IMG/VR virus record: IMGVR_UViG_3300020389_000255
Location: 5,659-69,658 of that record
Strand: one strand, 5' to 3'
Source of the DNA: a virus
Length of the DNA: 64,000 bases
Shown here piece after piece: positions 1 to 12,020 of this stretch. The notes under the pieces are model-generated. The model was not told where the DNA came from. It did no database searches and saw only the letters and a list, made by a program, of their open reading frames with translations. Both the position numbers and the translations under genes were made by a program. Numbering within the stretch: the stretch's first letter is position 1; each line of letters begins with the position of its first letter.

Positions 1-3000
1 TTGCCCACCAGAACTTTGAACAGTCTCAGTACCACTACTAAAATCTCCATCCCATGATGTAAATACAACATTTGTTCCATCAGGAATACTAGTAAGTGTT
101 GCAGTTGCTGTAATTTCACTTGGACTTATTCTATCTGCTTCCGTAGCTGTAGAATCAATAGTTTTTCTAAAAATTTGAGAATCAACACTTAATATTATAT
201 TTTCAGAATTAGTTCCTGCTCTAGACTTTGAATAAAGTAATTCTTTAGTCCTAGTAACAACAGTAGTTGAATTAGTTCCTTGAATTTTAAAAGTGAGAGT
301 AAGAACAGAAATATCATTAAATAAACTACCAATCTTTCCAGGAAAATTAACATTACCACCTGTTACTCCAGGAACAACAGTATAAGAAGTACTATCAGTA
401 ACAGCAGCTGCAAGTGTTATCGTATCAGTAGTAGTACTAGGAAAATCAGAAATTGCTACACTATCAACATACCATTTACCCGCACCACCAGCTGCATCAT
501 ATCCTAAAACTGTAGATCCATCAACTACAGTATATGTAATTTTTCCACTATCTTGTAAACTATCATCAACAACTCCATCCTTATCAGCTGCAAAAACATG
601 CGAATCTCGTTCTGGAAGTATCTGTATTGCTTGTTCACCATCTCTTACTTTATATGAAGTCAGCGAATCAATAAAATCTGTACTACTATGTGTTATCGTT
701 GCCTCAACTTTAACTGTATTTCCAGATGCGCCAATAGCAGTATTAAAAGCTCCCACTCTCAAATAAACATCATCATCGGAAACTGTAGTATTTTGAGTTA
801 CTACATTACCACTTGTACTTGCATCATATAAAACTGCTGTTGGAGTAGTAGTCCATGTAATGAGTGGACTACTTCCTAAATTTTGAGATTGTGCAACATA
901 TTGTATAACTTGTGAACTATCTTTTACGTTATTATCTTGATCATAATTAAAAACTTGTCCACTAGAATTTAAACGCAAAATACGTGCTTCTGCACCACCA
1001 CTACCAGCAACATTTTTAGAGATTGATTGAATCACTTCTATTTCACTAAAAGTTCCATCACCCCGTACAACATCAACAACTATAGTAACTGTAGTACTAT
1101 CAGATTGCATATTTCCATAACCACTGGTATATACACTCGTATCCCCATCCTCTACCGCAGTTCCATCACTCTGGACAACTCCATTTGTTACAGAAATTCC
1201 AGCCCCAGTAACACTATGAACTTTAAACTTCTTCAAATCACCTGATGCAGGAGAATAACTGCTTGCATGAATATCTAAATTAGTTTTATAATCTAATTGT
1301 ACATTTCCATCATATACTGAAATACTTGTTTTTCCACTACTATAATCAGGATTACTAGTAGGAAGAACTACACCCTGTGAATCAGTAGCAAATGTGTGCA
1401 GAGGATTTGATAATTGAACTTGTGTTACATTAGATCCGTCTCGGGTAGAAATAAGTGTAAGACTATCAGTTGCTAAAACTGTAGAAGTATCTGTAGCTTC
1501 AAATGTCTCAACTTTCAATGCTATTGTCGACCAATTTTTAGTGTCTGGAAGATCAAAACCAAGACCATCACCAATTGTAGTTTTATCTAACGTTGCATAA
1601 ACTTCTCCAGAATCTAACGATTGAAATCCATTGTTTAAAGTAGGATTTAATAATGTAGTTCCTTCATAGAATTTAAAACGTGGATTCCTAAAATTAACAT
1701 GAGTTGCTTTTATTTCAATAGGATCTGTCTGTTCAGGTACTATATCATAAGGAGAAACTCCACCATATGCTATCTGATAATCACTCGCTTCTAATTTTAC
1801 TGCTACTCCAGCAGCCCCTGTCCTTGCTTTATTGTAAGTAATCTTTTTTGTTTGTGTAATCGCATTTTTAGATGCATCATATGGTTGTGCTACACAGGCA
1901 ACAGTTGCACTCGCTGCATCAGCATCCATATCAATAGTAGAAATTATACTCGATACCCCATCCACATACACAGTTTGATTTACTAATTGTGGAACTACAT
2001 CATAATAATCTGGATTTGAATTATTTGCAGTCAACGTAACATCAATATCAGTTTCAGCACCAGGGGCTGAATCTACAGTTAAATAATATTCTCCAGCATT
2101 TAATGAACCCGCAGTACCTATCTCCATTATCTTAACACCATCATAAACACGAATCTCAGTCGAACCATGCGATTGGTAAGTATTCAATACATGTCCATCA
2201 TCTCTTGCAGGAAAATTAACTGCTTCTTGTTCCAACACCACTTCAACTACACCAGAACCTTCACGCAACTTTACCAATGTGACTGTATCAGATAAAGTTG
2301 TAGTTGTGAGAGTAGTATCATAAAATGTTGCTGTAACTTGTATTGTTGCTCTTTTTAGAAAATTTCCACTATCATCTTTAAATTGTGCAACAGGAAGTGT
2401 TGCTGTAGCAGTTGTACTATCATCAATATAATCAATTATATCAGTTCTAGCAACAGCACTTCCAGCATCATTCGTAGCAGCTGTAACTGTCCATGCCCAT
2501 GTTACAGTACTATTAAATTTACTTAGATTATTATGAAATGCTGTAAGTGTAATAGTTTGTGCAGTAGGTTCTGGATCTCCAACATTATCAAAAATATATG
2601 TGTATGTGTCTGGTGCTAATTCTAAAGTCTGTGCTGGATTTCCAACATCAATATAATTTAAATTTTGCTTGGCAACTCTTGTTTGTATTTTTCCATCAGT
2701 ATCCTTTGCAGTAATTGCGAACTGAATTGTTGCTTGTTGTGTATCAATATCATCTGCATCAGCTGTTCTGAGAGCAACAACATCACCATCAACATAGGTA
2801 TTTGTAACTGTACTAACAGCACCAACATCAATATTTGTATCTGTAATTACTACTCTCCAAGTTCCATCTGCTTGTGTTCCAGAACTACTACTATCAAATG
2901 CTAATGCTTTATTTCCCCAATATACTTCTACATCAGTTCCAGATCCAGCATAATTACTAACAGTACCTTGTTCATTTGCCTGGAAACCAAAAGTTGGATT

Positions 3001-4839
3001 TGTGAGTACAACCGTTAAAGAATTATCTCCATCTAATGTTCCAAAAATTGCTGTACTATCTGTTGCCAGAGCATCAGCAGAAGAATCTTCAGTTAATTCA
3101 GTTTGTTCATAAACATCAACCGTATAAAGTCTACGGGTAAATCTATTATACGACAACCAAAATTCTGGACCAAAATCCCATGTATTTGTTCCTGATGCAG
3201 GCCAAATAGGAAATGCATATTCTGGAATATGAATTTCATCTTCATAGAGTTCTGAAATAGTTACGGTAGCATCTGTTGTAGTTCCGGAAACTACAAGTGT
3301 TAATACATCATTTACAGTATAACCAAACCCACCATAATAAGAAGTCAAAGATTGAACAGTTCCACTAGAATCAGTAGTAAATGTTGCTTTAAATCCACTA
3401 CCAGTTCCACCTGTTGCCACAACATCTTCATATAGAGTACTATTACCATAACCAACACCATTGCCAGTTAATGTAACTAACTTTGTAGTCTTATAATGAC
3501 CTTCTGTATTTGTTACATCTGTAGAAATTTGCTTTAAAACAGGATCATATGCCTTTAATTCAGATAAAGTTGCGGAATTTGAAAGATCAGTATTTGTAAG
3601 AGTTTCAGATGTTTCAATTGTCTCGGTTTCTGTTTCTTCAATATCAGTAATAACATATTCAAGATTGTTTATCTTCTTATAAACCTTTGCTTTACCATCA
3701 GAATTTGCAGTTAATCTATCTCCTTCTCTCCAATCTGTACCAGGATCTGTTGCTAATTTAATATATTTTACGTCTGGATTTGTCTCATAAAATCTATAAA
3801 CAGGATTAGTAAATGCATGTGATCTTGCCTTTAATGTAACACCTTTAGGTTGGAGTAAATGTTTTGCAGTATCATAACCAATCTGATAATCATCTGCTGT
3901 CAACGAAACATTTTTAGTAGTTTTATTTTTACTATAAACAATATCACGAACAGTAGTTACAGTTTTTCCATTTTCTTTCGTAATTACAATAGGAATATTA
4001 ATAACTACATTCTCAACAGAACTACTCATTGCGCTAGGAGTATATTTCAATTGGTTGTTTAGTGTTTCTACACTCAATGATATACCACTACTTGGAGTGA
4101 AAGTTATATTTCCACTGTCTACTGTATAAGTTCCTGGTGCACTAGCTGCAGAATAAGTCGCCTGCTCATGTCCAAGAAAAACTCTAATCTGAAATGCACC
4201 AGCTGCATATTCAGTACTTTCAACAACACCAGAAGTAGTAGACTCAAAAACATGAGAATCTTTGGTGAGCATAACTGTGAGACCATCATCACCAGTTCTC
4301 TGATATGATAAAACAACTTCCTCATCATCAGCAAACATAGTTGATGAATCTAAACTATCATTGAGATACGTTATATCAAATGTGAAAAAGTCATTATTAT
4401 CAGTAGAACCTTCAATTTGATACAAAACAAATTTCGCCGCATTTGTCTTTTTAAATAAACGGAAATGTCCGACGATTGCACTAGAAACAGTAGAAATTGT
4501 AGCTAAAAAATTCTTTAGACTAGTACCGTTTTGGTCTAATTCGGAAAGATATAGATTATCAGCAAGGCGGATATCACCGTCAAATCCTAGACGTCCATTT
4601 CCAGGATTTGTTTCTATATTGGTCGCCTCATACTTATATTCAAAAGTGACACCACCTAATGGGATTTGAACATTAGCAAGATCCCTTCTTGCTAGTTCAA
4701 ACCCGCCTTGTGTCGTTCCATCATGTAAAACAACCGATTCCTTATCGGAATCGGTTATCATTGTTAATTCACCTTCCTGACCCGTGAAAACTTCATTTTG
4801 GACCGAGCTGCCACGTTTAATCTTAAAGGTTATTGACAT
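1..4839 (-). CDS. Large tail fibre/adhesin-like virion protein, >1613 aa, runs off the window start; Mtd_N-like N-terminus
   Basis: ATG at 4839 overlaps the TAA of the upstream gene. It reads MSITFKIKRGSSVQNEVFTGQEGELTMITDSDKESVVLHDGTTQGGFELARRDLANV, typical of Mtd_N/phage fibre N-termini. The same frame is still coding at position 1 (…TSWDGDFSSGTETVQSSGGQ). Its absence from the ORF track is consistent with no in-window stop. Thr/Ser/Asp-rich beta repeats. Confidence 0.85.
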   Translation of the reverse strand, partial: MSITFKIKRGSSVQNEVFTGQEGELTMITDSDKESVVLHDGTTQGGFELARRDLANVQIPLGGVTFEYKYEATNIETNPGNGRLGFDGDIRLADNLYLSELDQNGTSLKNFLATISTVSSAIVGHFRLFKKTNAAKFVLYQIEGSTDNNDFFTFDITYLNDSLDSSTMFADDEEVVLSYQRTGDDGLTVMLTKDSHVFESTTSGVVESTEYAAGAFQIRVFLGHEQATYSAASAPGTYTVDSGNITFTPSSGISLSVETLNNQLKYTPSAMSSSVENVVINIPIVITKENGKTVTTVRDIVYSKNKTTKNVSLTADDYQIGYDTAKHLLQPKGVTLKARSHAFTNPVYRFYETNPDVKYIKLATDPGTDWREGDRLTANSDGKAKVYKKINNLEYVITDIEETETETIETSETLTNTDLSNSATLSELKAYDPVLKQISTDVTNTEGHYKTTKLVTLTGNGVGYGNSTLYEDVVATGGTGSGFKATFTTDSSGTVQSLTSYYGGFGYTVNDVLTLVVSGTTTDATVTISELYEDEIHIPEYAFPIWPASGTNTWDFGPEFWLSYNRFTRRLYTVDVYEQTELTEDSSADALATDSTAIFGTLDGDNSLTVVLTNPTFGFQANEQGTVSNYAGSGTDVEVYWGNKALAFDSSSSGTQADGTWRVVITDTNIDVGAVSTVTNTYVDGDVVALRTADADDIDTQQATIQFAITAKDTDGKIQTRVAKQNLNYIDVGNPAQTLELAPDTYTYIFDNVGDPEPTAQTITLTAFHNNLSKFNSTVTWAWTVTAATNDAGSAVARTDIIDYIDDSTTATATLPVAQFKDDSGNFLKRATIQVTATFYDTTLTTTTLSDTVTLVKLREGSGVVEVVLEQEAVNFPARDDGHVLNTYQSHGSTEIRVYDGVKIMEIGTAGSLNAGEYYLTVDSAPGAETDIDVTLTANNSNPDYYDVVPQLVNQTVYVDGVSSIISTIDMDADAASATVACVAQPYDASKNAITQTKKITYNKARTGAAGVAVKLEASDYQIAYGGVSPYDIVPEQTDPIEIKATHVNFRNPRFKFYEGTTLLNPTLNNGFQSLDSGEVYATLDKTTIGDGLGFDLPDTKNWSTIALKVETFEATDTSTVLATDSLTLISTRDGSNVTQVQLSNPLHTFATDSQGVVLPTSNPDYSSGKTSISVYDGNVQLDYKTNLDIHASSYSPASGDLKKFKVHSVTGAGISVTNGVVQSDGTAVEDGDTSVYTSGYGNMQSDSTTVTIVVDVVRGDGTFSEIEVIQSISKNVAGSGGAEARILRLNSSGQVFNYDQDNNVKDSSQVIQYVAQSQNLGSSPLITWTTTPTAVLYDASTSGNVVTQNTTVSDDDVYLRVGAFNTAIGASGNTVKVEATITHSSTDFIDSLTSYKVRDGEQAIQILPERDSHVFAADKDGVVDDSLQDSGKITYTVVDGSTVLGYDAAGGAGKWYVDSVAISDFPSTTTDTITLAAAVTDSTSYTVVPGVTGGNVNFPGKIGSLFNDISVLTLTFKIQGTNSTTVVTRTKELLYSKSRAGTNSENIILSVDSQIFRKTIDSTATEADRISPSEITATATLTSIPDGTNVVFTSWDGDFSSGTETVQSSGGQ

Positions 4840-7800
4840 TATCTACCCTTTAATGTTACTAATGTTGAAACGTCTGCCTCTGGATATTTTGCACTATCAG
4901 AGGTATAAGTAGCAGGAGAATTACCATAATTAAGTGTTCTTGTACGAACACCATGTATGTGTGCATCTTTAACTAATCTAACTTGTAATACTACACCATT
5001 TCCAAGTCTCGTTGGGAACAAAGTTCCATCTGCCAATCGTTTAATTTTTGCTTCAGCAACATGTGTTGAAACAGGTTGATTGCTAAGTGTAGTTTGATCA
5101 TTAAATGTAGCATCAACACCAGTAGTAATTGTAAACTGTGGATATTTATCGCCACTCCAAGTACTAGCAGCTAATGTTCCAGAATATAATTCAATCGTAG
5201 CATGATTTGAAGCTGCAGTTTGATTAGCGTTTCTATCATCATATCCTGCATGATCATCACCCCATCTAAACACCTCATTAGCTTCAAATCCATTACCTAT
5301 ATTAAGATCACCATTTATAGAAACAGTTAAAATATTTCCTCCAGAACTTCCATTATCATCTACAGTATCAATTTTCATTAAAGCAAAAGTACTAAAAACT
5401 CGCCCAGCCGGAGGAGTCAACTTAAACACTGTTCCTGCTATCCATCCTACAACTGTATTTGTCGTTGATCCAGTTTCACTAGTGTCTACTGCAAAAATAC
5501 TAGCACCAGTACTAATAGGACCTTCATTTGAAGTAACAGAAGCAACAATAAATTTATCAGTAACGTGTTCAACTATTGCAGCTGCATCTTCAACATTAAA
5601 ATCAGCAGGAACATCAATTTCATACCAACCATTATCAACAAAATTTGTATCTCGTAATAACCCAAGAAATTCACCAGTATTAGAAACCAATCCAAGTTCT
5701 GCATGACTACTCGTAGTCATATAACGACAAACATTTGCTATTTTAGCTGTAGAAGTTTTTAGTGTTTTAGTTGTTATTCCTTGCAAACTTGAAACATATC
5801 GGAGATTCTCAATTGTAGGTACATTACTAGAATCAGTTGCTTTCAAACTAACTTTAATTTGATAATTTGTGAAATCACCTATTTCTTTAGCGACAAATCT
5901 ATTTTCTGCATCACCAATTTTTAAAACACCAACAGGATTTAATTCTATCCAAGTATCAGACGTAACTGAATTTGGTGAGTTTATTTTAGCATAAACATTC
6001 AATCCAGTTCCTCCTGGCAACGAACTATCTAAAATAATTTCTAAAGAATTTGCTGGTTTACTTGTATTTATAGATTTACTCACATAATTTGCAGAAGTTC
6101 CAGTACTATCAATTATATTACTAATTGCCAAGAAATCAATCATTTCTTTATCTATTACTGGACTAGTTCTATAATCAGTACCAGGTTCATGTGCAAAGGT
6201 TGGAAATAAAGATATATCTTCACGATATCTACTAAAACCTAAATTCTGCACCAATCTATTTGGCCAAACATTAATACCAGAATTAAGACTATCTAACAAC
6301 CAACTAACTCTAGTATCACCAGGAGTTATATATCCTACTCGAGCCGAATATAGATCATTCTTATATGCAGGCCCTTGATTACTAGCATTTTCTTTCAATG
6401 TCGCACCATACGTACCTTGTGCAATACCTTCTCTCCTCATATACAGTCCCATGGCAATACCCACTGTAATAGTATTTGCTGTTTTAGAAACAATATCCGT
6501 AGCATCACCATTAAGCAGACTAACTTTATAACCATTTATATAGTTAGAATCAGAATTCGATATACTAGAAACAACACCTTGTAGTGTATCATTTGTACTT
6601 GAATCTTCAATTAAAAATGCAATTTCTTCATCTTTCTTGAATTGTCCATGTATCATAGCAACAGTTAATGCTAAAGTTCCAGTATCATATTCAATCGCAT
6701 ATCCCCAAGGTCCTTTTATATCACCAAGAGTAATTCCTTTTGGATTTAACGTATTAATAGATGCTGAATAAACAATCTTATTTAGATTTAAATCTGTAGC
6801 AATACTTGCATTTGGACTTGCAGCCAGGGTATATTTTGTTTCTACTCTTCCTCTTAACCCATCAAGAATTATTGAATCTCCTACTTTAAACCCATGTCCA
6901 GGAACCTTAATAGTAAAGTTACTATCATTAAATGTTGAAGAAATACTATCTTCTAACAACAAATATGCATTATCATCTGTACCCCAATTAGCATCTCCAG
7001 AAGATTGTAATTCAACCCATTTATTAGTAGGATTGTCAAAATGAACTCGTTGTAATCTAAATCGTAATATATCAGAAGGATTTACATAATTACCTTGATA
7101 GAGTTTTCCAATTGTCAACGGTCTAGTTCCAGAACCACTGTCAACATTCAACGTTTGTAAAGCAAATTCAGTAGAACTAGATGAAATTGAGATTGCATAT
7201 TTACCTTTTTTAAGATAAACATAATCATTAAAAGCAAAATTTTCCCATCCTTGTCCAGCAGTAACAGTTGTTATTGCAGTTACCGTTTTAGAAACTGTAG
7301 AAAATGGGAGTGCTTTATTGCTTGGTATCCCATTTACGAGTTTACGTATTTGCACAATAACTTTAGGCAAATCTAAATAATCAGTTGCATCACCTGGAAT
7401 AGTATGAATAACAGAAAATCCTAAATCAACACTTTGTGCAAAACAATCACTCAAAATTTCAATTTCTTGGAACAAACTAGTTTCGCCTTGTTCTGGTATA
7501 TTATGATCCAAACTTCTAGTTGATAAATCTGTATTTACTTTATCTGTTCCATAAAAATATCCTTCTGCTTTAATAGTATTATCACTAGAACTAATCTCAA
7601 TCAATTTTGATCCACATGGAAATGCAGATCCTTCTGCATGATCTAAAATAACTCCGACAGCAGTAGTTCCATCCTCACGCAATAATCCACTATTAGTATC
7701 ATACGTATCATCACTCCCAGTTGGTTTAAACTCTCCCGTCACATTTTTTAATCCTATATATGAATCATCACTAGAATCAACTTGGATAAACTCAACTACA

Positions 7801-10800
7801 CCAGTCGAAACCACATATTCATTAGATTGTTCTAACCAACCGTTAATACCTCCATCATCTTGACTAGATTGCTCTATTCGGTGTATAAATTTTTGTTTTA
7901 CTATATCATCAACTTCAATACTCTCTGTAACATCCTTATTCAACCTTAAAGTTACATATCCGTCATTGATATTAGGAATTCTATAACTAAATTCTAATTT
8001 TCCAAATTCATCAGTTTGAAATTTATTCGTTGATGCATAAGAATTTGCAACTTTATTTGATAACCCATGAGCAGGAGCAGTTATATCTTTTCCATCAAAT
8101 TTAACAGTAATATCTTTACATATTGGTCTCAACCCTTCAACCGTTACTTTAATTATTTTTGATGATATTGTATCATCTGCTTCCAATTCCCATGATTTCC
8201 ATTTAGTTCCGGTATATTTTCTACCAGATTTATTCGGATATTGTGAAGGAGAAATTTGCATAACTCCATAATACACACCAGGTTCTGCATATCTAATTGA
8301 TAATGATCCATCAGTATCAGAATTTTCAAGTTCAATTTTCGTAGCAGTAGCAGGAAATGTTATCAAATTATTTTTCTGTAAATTTGAAAGTGTACCTGCT
8401 GATGCTAACATTGTATTATCTTTAGCTTGAAGTGAAGTATTATCAAATGTAATATGCTTTTTAGTAAAACTCGGTCTTATTTTATTTCCATCTGTTGCAA
8501 CAGAATATTCTATATTATCTACATCTCCACCCAAAGAATCACGGAAAACGTGTACTGGTTCTACATCATCTTTAAGAACAATTTCTTTTTGAGCTGAATC
8601 TGTTCCAACAGGATTAACATTAACACTATTTTTATCATACAAATAACCATTAATCTTAACATCTGCCAATTTTATTCCATCCGATATTGATTCCTGATAA
8701 GTACTATTAATATCAGCCAGATTAAAATCTTGAACTCTACTATCCTTAGGTCCTTCTAACAATTTTACAATTCCATCAGATTCTAAAGTTAAAGTATTAT
8801 TTTTTGCAGGATAAACTCCAAGTTTTTCAACCTTTATCTCTCCTCCAAAAGATGTCAATGGACTACGGTTTATTCCTGTATGTGGATTTGCAGAACTATC
8901 TATAACTCCTCGACTATCAATACAATCACTTAAACGATATGTTATACCATTTTTGCCTTCATAAACTGGAATATCATCATGGTGAAAAGCTGAACTTTTA
9001 TTATCAAACTTACTTTTCCAAGTAACATTTACTGGAAAATGAATTCCTTGTTCAACAGTTTGTCCAAGATGAGCATAAGAAGATATATCATAATAATCTC
9101 CAGTCCCATGAATAAAGTAGTAATAAGCAATCCAAATAGGTCCTCCAGGAAGTTCTTCTCCTGTTTTTAATTTAAGAGTTCCTTGTCTATAATATGAATC
9201 ATCTTGTCCAGTATCCAATGTATATCTATCAGTAATATCAAAACCTCTAGCAGGCAAATCCCCTACAGTTGGTGTAAGATCTGGCCAATTGCCAACAAAT
9301 GTCGCATCTTTAGAAATCTCATAAACTTTAAAATTGTGAGAAACAATATCAGGTTTTGATAATAAAATTTCAGTAGATCCAGAAATTAATTGGTCTGTTA
9401 TATACTCATGGTTACTAGACAATGTTTTTGTTGCAGATTTTCCATTTGCTTTAGTAACCGTTGCAACAACATAAAATGTATTGGCAGTAGATAATAATAC
9501 AGAAGATAATTTTTTCTGTGCAGTAGTTATTGCCGGATTAGCTGATGAAGTATTAAAATCAAGTGTTTGTTCAATTACAGGAAGATTTAAATCATTTGTT
9601 TGACGTATTTCTAGATTTTTATTAGAATTTGAAAAATCATACTTATATTGTGTTGGATTCAAAAATCCTCCAGCACTTGTACTCGACGACCAAACTAATA
9701 CAGGTTCAACAGGATCAAATGTAAAATCATCTGTTAAATTGATACTAATCCAACCACCATTAGTAGAATCATTATTTGCTGGTTGTTGAAATGTTTTACG
9801 TATTTTTGTAATAGTAACACCATCAACATCGTTTACTGAAGTTCCAATTTTATACAACCTAGGATTTGAAAATTCCCCTACTTCTCTAGTTTTTGTTCTA
9901 TCAGCTTCAGAAGAAATAGGATATATTTCATCACTACTCACAGTTACACTATATAATCTACTAGTATCCAATTCACAAATTACATCAGTTAAACTTCGTT
10001 TAGAATTAGTAGCCGTATATTTTACCAAATGAGTTACATCTGCAATTGTATAAGGATTTATAGGAGGTTCATATGTTACAGCAGTAATATCAACAGTAGC
10101 ATTTGCATCACCATCAAGAAGATATTTTCCCTTAATAGGAATAAATTTTCCTGTCATATCTTTGACTACAATTTCTGTTGTAGTTTGAGACACAACAGTA
10201 CCTTCTACAGTAATTGCTGAAACACTTGCAGTTGCAGCTGCAATTTCAAGTTCAATTTTATCTCCGGCAGTGGCACCATGAGTTCCAGCTCTATCATTAA
10301 TAGTTAATTTAGCAATTTCAATTTCATCAAATTGAATGTCATTCAATCCAATTTCAAATTCTGCTTGTGCAGGTAACCAACTATAATCATCATTATTAAA
10401 AACAGCAATTCCATCAGATCCTACTGCAACAACAGATCCTACATTTGATATCAAACTTGCAGGTACAGCAATACTACCCGATTCTCGTTCTAAATTAGCA
10501 CCTGTGTTTATAATACCAAAATGAACTTGTACATTTAAAACAATATTTCCAGTGTTACCAACAACAGCACTAAGAAACTTTGCTTTAAACCCACTGGTAC
10601 CAGATCCAGCAGTAGTATTATAAGTTTGTACTAAAAATTCTCCTGGAGTTAAATCAGTATATTCAGCAATATCACCACCATCCAAATGTATTTTAGTAAT
10701 ATTTTCTGCTAAAGTAATATTTTCAATTCTAGCAGATCCGATAGACTTATAAGTACCTTCAGTTATTTCTTTAGTTAATACTACTCTATTATTTTCTACT

Positions 10801-12008
10801 GTATTACCATCTGGAGCAAAATCTGGCCAAACTCCCCCACCCGCAATATTAATACCATTTTTAGTTACAACACGCAAACCAGATTCTGTATGGACAGAAG
10901 ATCCTCCCCATAAAGAAGTAGTACCATCTAAAAGACTACTAGTTTTATCAGTTCCAATACTTCCACTTAAAGTAAATTCATTTGCTTGTCTAACAACTAC
11001 CTTTTTTCCATCAACAATTTTAGAGCCAGAAGTAATTTTCAATTTAACACTATTATCAATATCATCTTCAACATCAATAGTAAATGGTTCTTCCTCTTGA
11101 CTGACAACATCTGTAACATAATCTTTAGTAGCAATAGAATCTTGATATGAAATTTTATTCTGAACTTTTCCATCAATTATTCTTGCCAATTCAACAAACC
11201 CTTCATTAAGAGTGGCAGAACCAGTGTCCTCGTCAAATTTCTTAGAAGATAACGTTACTGCTAATTTATATCTTTCTGCGCCAGCTGCACTTACATTAGC
11301 ATTAAGATCTCCTAATGTTGGATCTAACAAACTAGCATCTGTAAGTTCATTAACTATTGATTCAGTAACAGTTAATCCTATTTGATAGTTTAAACTAGAT
11401 AAATCAGTATATCCATCATTAATTATTATTATTTGTGAGGCAACTTCTACTGCAAATCCATTAATATAATAAGTACCAGCACCTATATAAGCTAAAACCG
11501 CAGATTTAGTACCATCACCAACAACAGCCAATGTCTCTCCAGTATCATTACCAGATTCATACAATGTATCAGTATTTACAAACCTAGAACCAGTTTTCGG
11601 AATTACATATATACTTTCATAATTCTCGCCAGTGCTAGGAGGTCTTGAAGTAATAATTTTTCCTACTTTTTCTCCACCATCAGTTTGTATATTCATACCA
11701 ATTACATATCTAGCAACTAAAGGATCTATAGAATCAGTATGATAAGTATCAAATAAACCATTTGAAGTTAGTATTATTTGTTGAACATCTGTTAATACAA
11801 TTAATTCCCCAGGAACTAATTGATTTCCACTGTCTAAAGTTGCATTAGTAATATCTTTCAACTGTTCTTGAAGGTTGGTTTGGAGTTGGGTTAATTCTCT
11901 CGCCTGTACAGCAAAACTAGGCCTGAATAATATCCTCCTATAATTATCCCCCTTAACAGTCTCAAAATCGTCATAATACGGAGAAGTGTTAAAATCTAAT
12001 TTTGCCAT
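4839..12008 (-). CDS. DUF4815/VrlC-like large virion structural protein (2389 aa)
   Basis: N-terminus 'FNTSPYYDDF…YRRILFRPSFAVQARELTQLQ' is characteristic of this family in marine T4-like phages; located next to gp8. Confidence 0.85.
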   Translation of the reverse strand: MAKLDFNTSPYYDDFETVKGDNYRRILFRPSFAVQARELTQLQTNLQEQLKDITNATLDSGNQLVPGELIVLTDVQQIILTSNGLFDTYHTDSIDPLVARYVIGMNIQTDGGEKVGKIITSRPPSTGENYESIYVIPKTGSRFVNTDTLYESGNDTGETLAVVGDGTKSAVLAYIGAGTYYINGFAVEVASQIIIINDGYTDLSSLNYQIGLTVTESIVNELTDASLLDPTLGDLNANVSAAGAERYKLAVTLSSKKFDEDTGSATLNEGFVELARIIDGKVQNKISYQDSIATKDYVTDVVSQEEEPFTIDVEDDIDNSVKLKITSGSKIVDGKKVVVRQANEFTLSGSIGTDKTSSLLDGTTSLWGGSSVHTESGLRVVTKNGINIAGGGVWPDFAPDGNTVENNRVVLTKEITEGTYKSIGSARIENITLAENITKIHLDGGDIAEYTDLTPGEFLVQTYNTTAGSGTSGFKAKFLSAVVGNTGNIVLNVQVHFGIINTGANLERESGSIAVPASLISNVGSVVAVGSDGIAVFNNDDYSWLPAQAEFEIGLNDIQFDEIEIAKLTINDRAGTHGATAGDKIELEIAAATASVSAITVEGTVVSQTTTEIVVKDMTGKFIPIKGKYLLDGDANATVDITAVTYEPPINPYTIADVTHLVKYTATNSKRSLTDVICELDTSRLYSVTVSSDEIYPISSEADRTKTREVGEFSNPRLYKIGTSVNDVDGVTITKIRKTFQQPANNDSTNGGWISINLTDDFTFDPVEPVLVWSSSTSAGGFLNPTQYKYDFSNSNKNLEIRQTNDLNLPVIEQTLDFNTSSANPAITTAQKKLSSVLLSTANTFYVVATVTKANGKSATKTLSSNHEYITDQLISGSTEILLSKPDIVSHNFKVYEISKDATFVGNWPDLTPTVGDLPARGFDITDRYTLDTGQDDSYYRQGTLKLKTGEELPGGPIWIAYYYFIHGTGDYYDISSYAHLGQTVEQGIHFPVNVTWKSKFDNKSSAFHHDDIPVYEGKNGITYRLSDCIDSRGVIDSSANPHTGINRSPLTSFGGEIKVEKLGVYPAKNNTLTLESDGIVKLLEGPKDSRVQDFNLADINSTYQESISDGIKLADVKINGYLYDKNSVNVNPVGTDSAQKEIVLKDDVEPVHVFRDSLGGDVDNIEYSVATDGNKIRPSFTKKHITFDNTSLQAKDNTMLASAGTLSNLQKNNLITFPATATKIELENSDTDGSLSIRYAEPGVYYGVMQISPSQYPNKSGRKYTGTKWKSWELEADDTISSKIIKVTVEGLRPICKDITVKFDGKDITAPAHGLSNKVANSYASTNKFQTDEFGKLEFSYRIPNINDGYVTLRLNKDVTESIEVDDIVKQKFIHRIEQSSQDDGGINGWLEQSNEYVVSTGVVEFIQVDSSDDSYIGLKNVTGEFKPTGSDDTYDTNSGLLREDGTTAVGVILDHAEGSAFPCGSKLIEISSSDNTIKAEGYFYGTDKVNTDLSTRSLDHNIPEQGETSLFQEIEILSDCFAQSVDLGFSVIHTIPGDATDYLDLPKVIVQIRKLVNGIPSNKALPFSTVSKTVTAITTVTAGQGWENFAFNDYVYLKKGKYAISISSSSTEFALQTLNVDSGSGTRPLTIGKLYQGNYVNPSDILRFRLQRVHFDNPTNKWVELQSSGDANWGTDDNAYLLLEDSISSTFNDSNFTIKVPGHGFKVGDSIILDGLRGRVETKYTLAASPNASIATDLNLNKIVYSASINTLNPKGITLGDIKGPWGYAIEYDTGTLALTVAMIHGQFKKDEEIAFLIEDSSTNDTLQGVVSSISNSDSNYINGYKVSLLNGDATDIVSKTANTITVGIAMGLYMRREGIAQGTYGATLKENASNQGPAYKNDLYSARVGYITPGDTRVSWLLDSLNSGINVWPNRLVQNLGFSRYREDISLFPTFAHEPGTDYRTSPVIDKEMIDFLAISNIIDSTGTSANYVSKSINTSKPANSLEIILDSSLPGGTGLNVYAKINSPNSVTSDTWIELNPVGVLKIGDAENRFVAKEIGDFTNYQIKVSLKATDSSNVPTIENLRYVSSLQGITTKTLKTSTAKIANVCRYMTTSSHAELGLVSNTGEFLGLLRDTNFVDNGWYEIDVPADFNVEDAAAIVEHVTDKFIVASVTSNEGPISTGASIFAVDTSETGSTTNTVVGWIAGTVFKLTPPAGRVFSTFALMKIDTVDDNGSSGGNILTVSINGDLNIGNGFEANEVFRWGDDHAGYDDRNANQTAASNHATIELYSGTLAASTWSGDKYPQFTITTGVDATFNDQTTLSNQPVSTHVAEAKIKRLADGTLFPTRLGNGVVLQVRLVKDAHIHGVRTRTLNYGNSPATYTSDSAKYPEADVSTLVTLKGR

Positions 12009-12020
12009 GTTTGTCTACCC

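Noticed and set aside
4660-4839. Diversity-generating retroelement suggested by the Mtd_N-like domain
   Set aside because: No reverse transcriptase or TR/VR pair in the window; Mtd_N is a common fibre attachment domain
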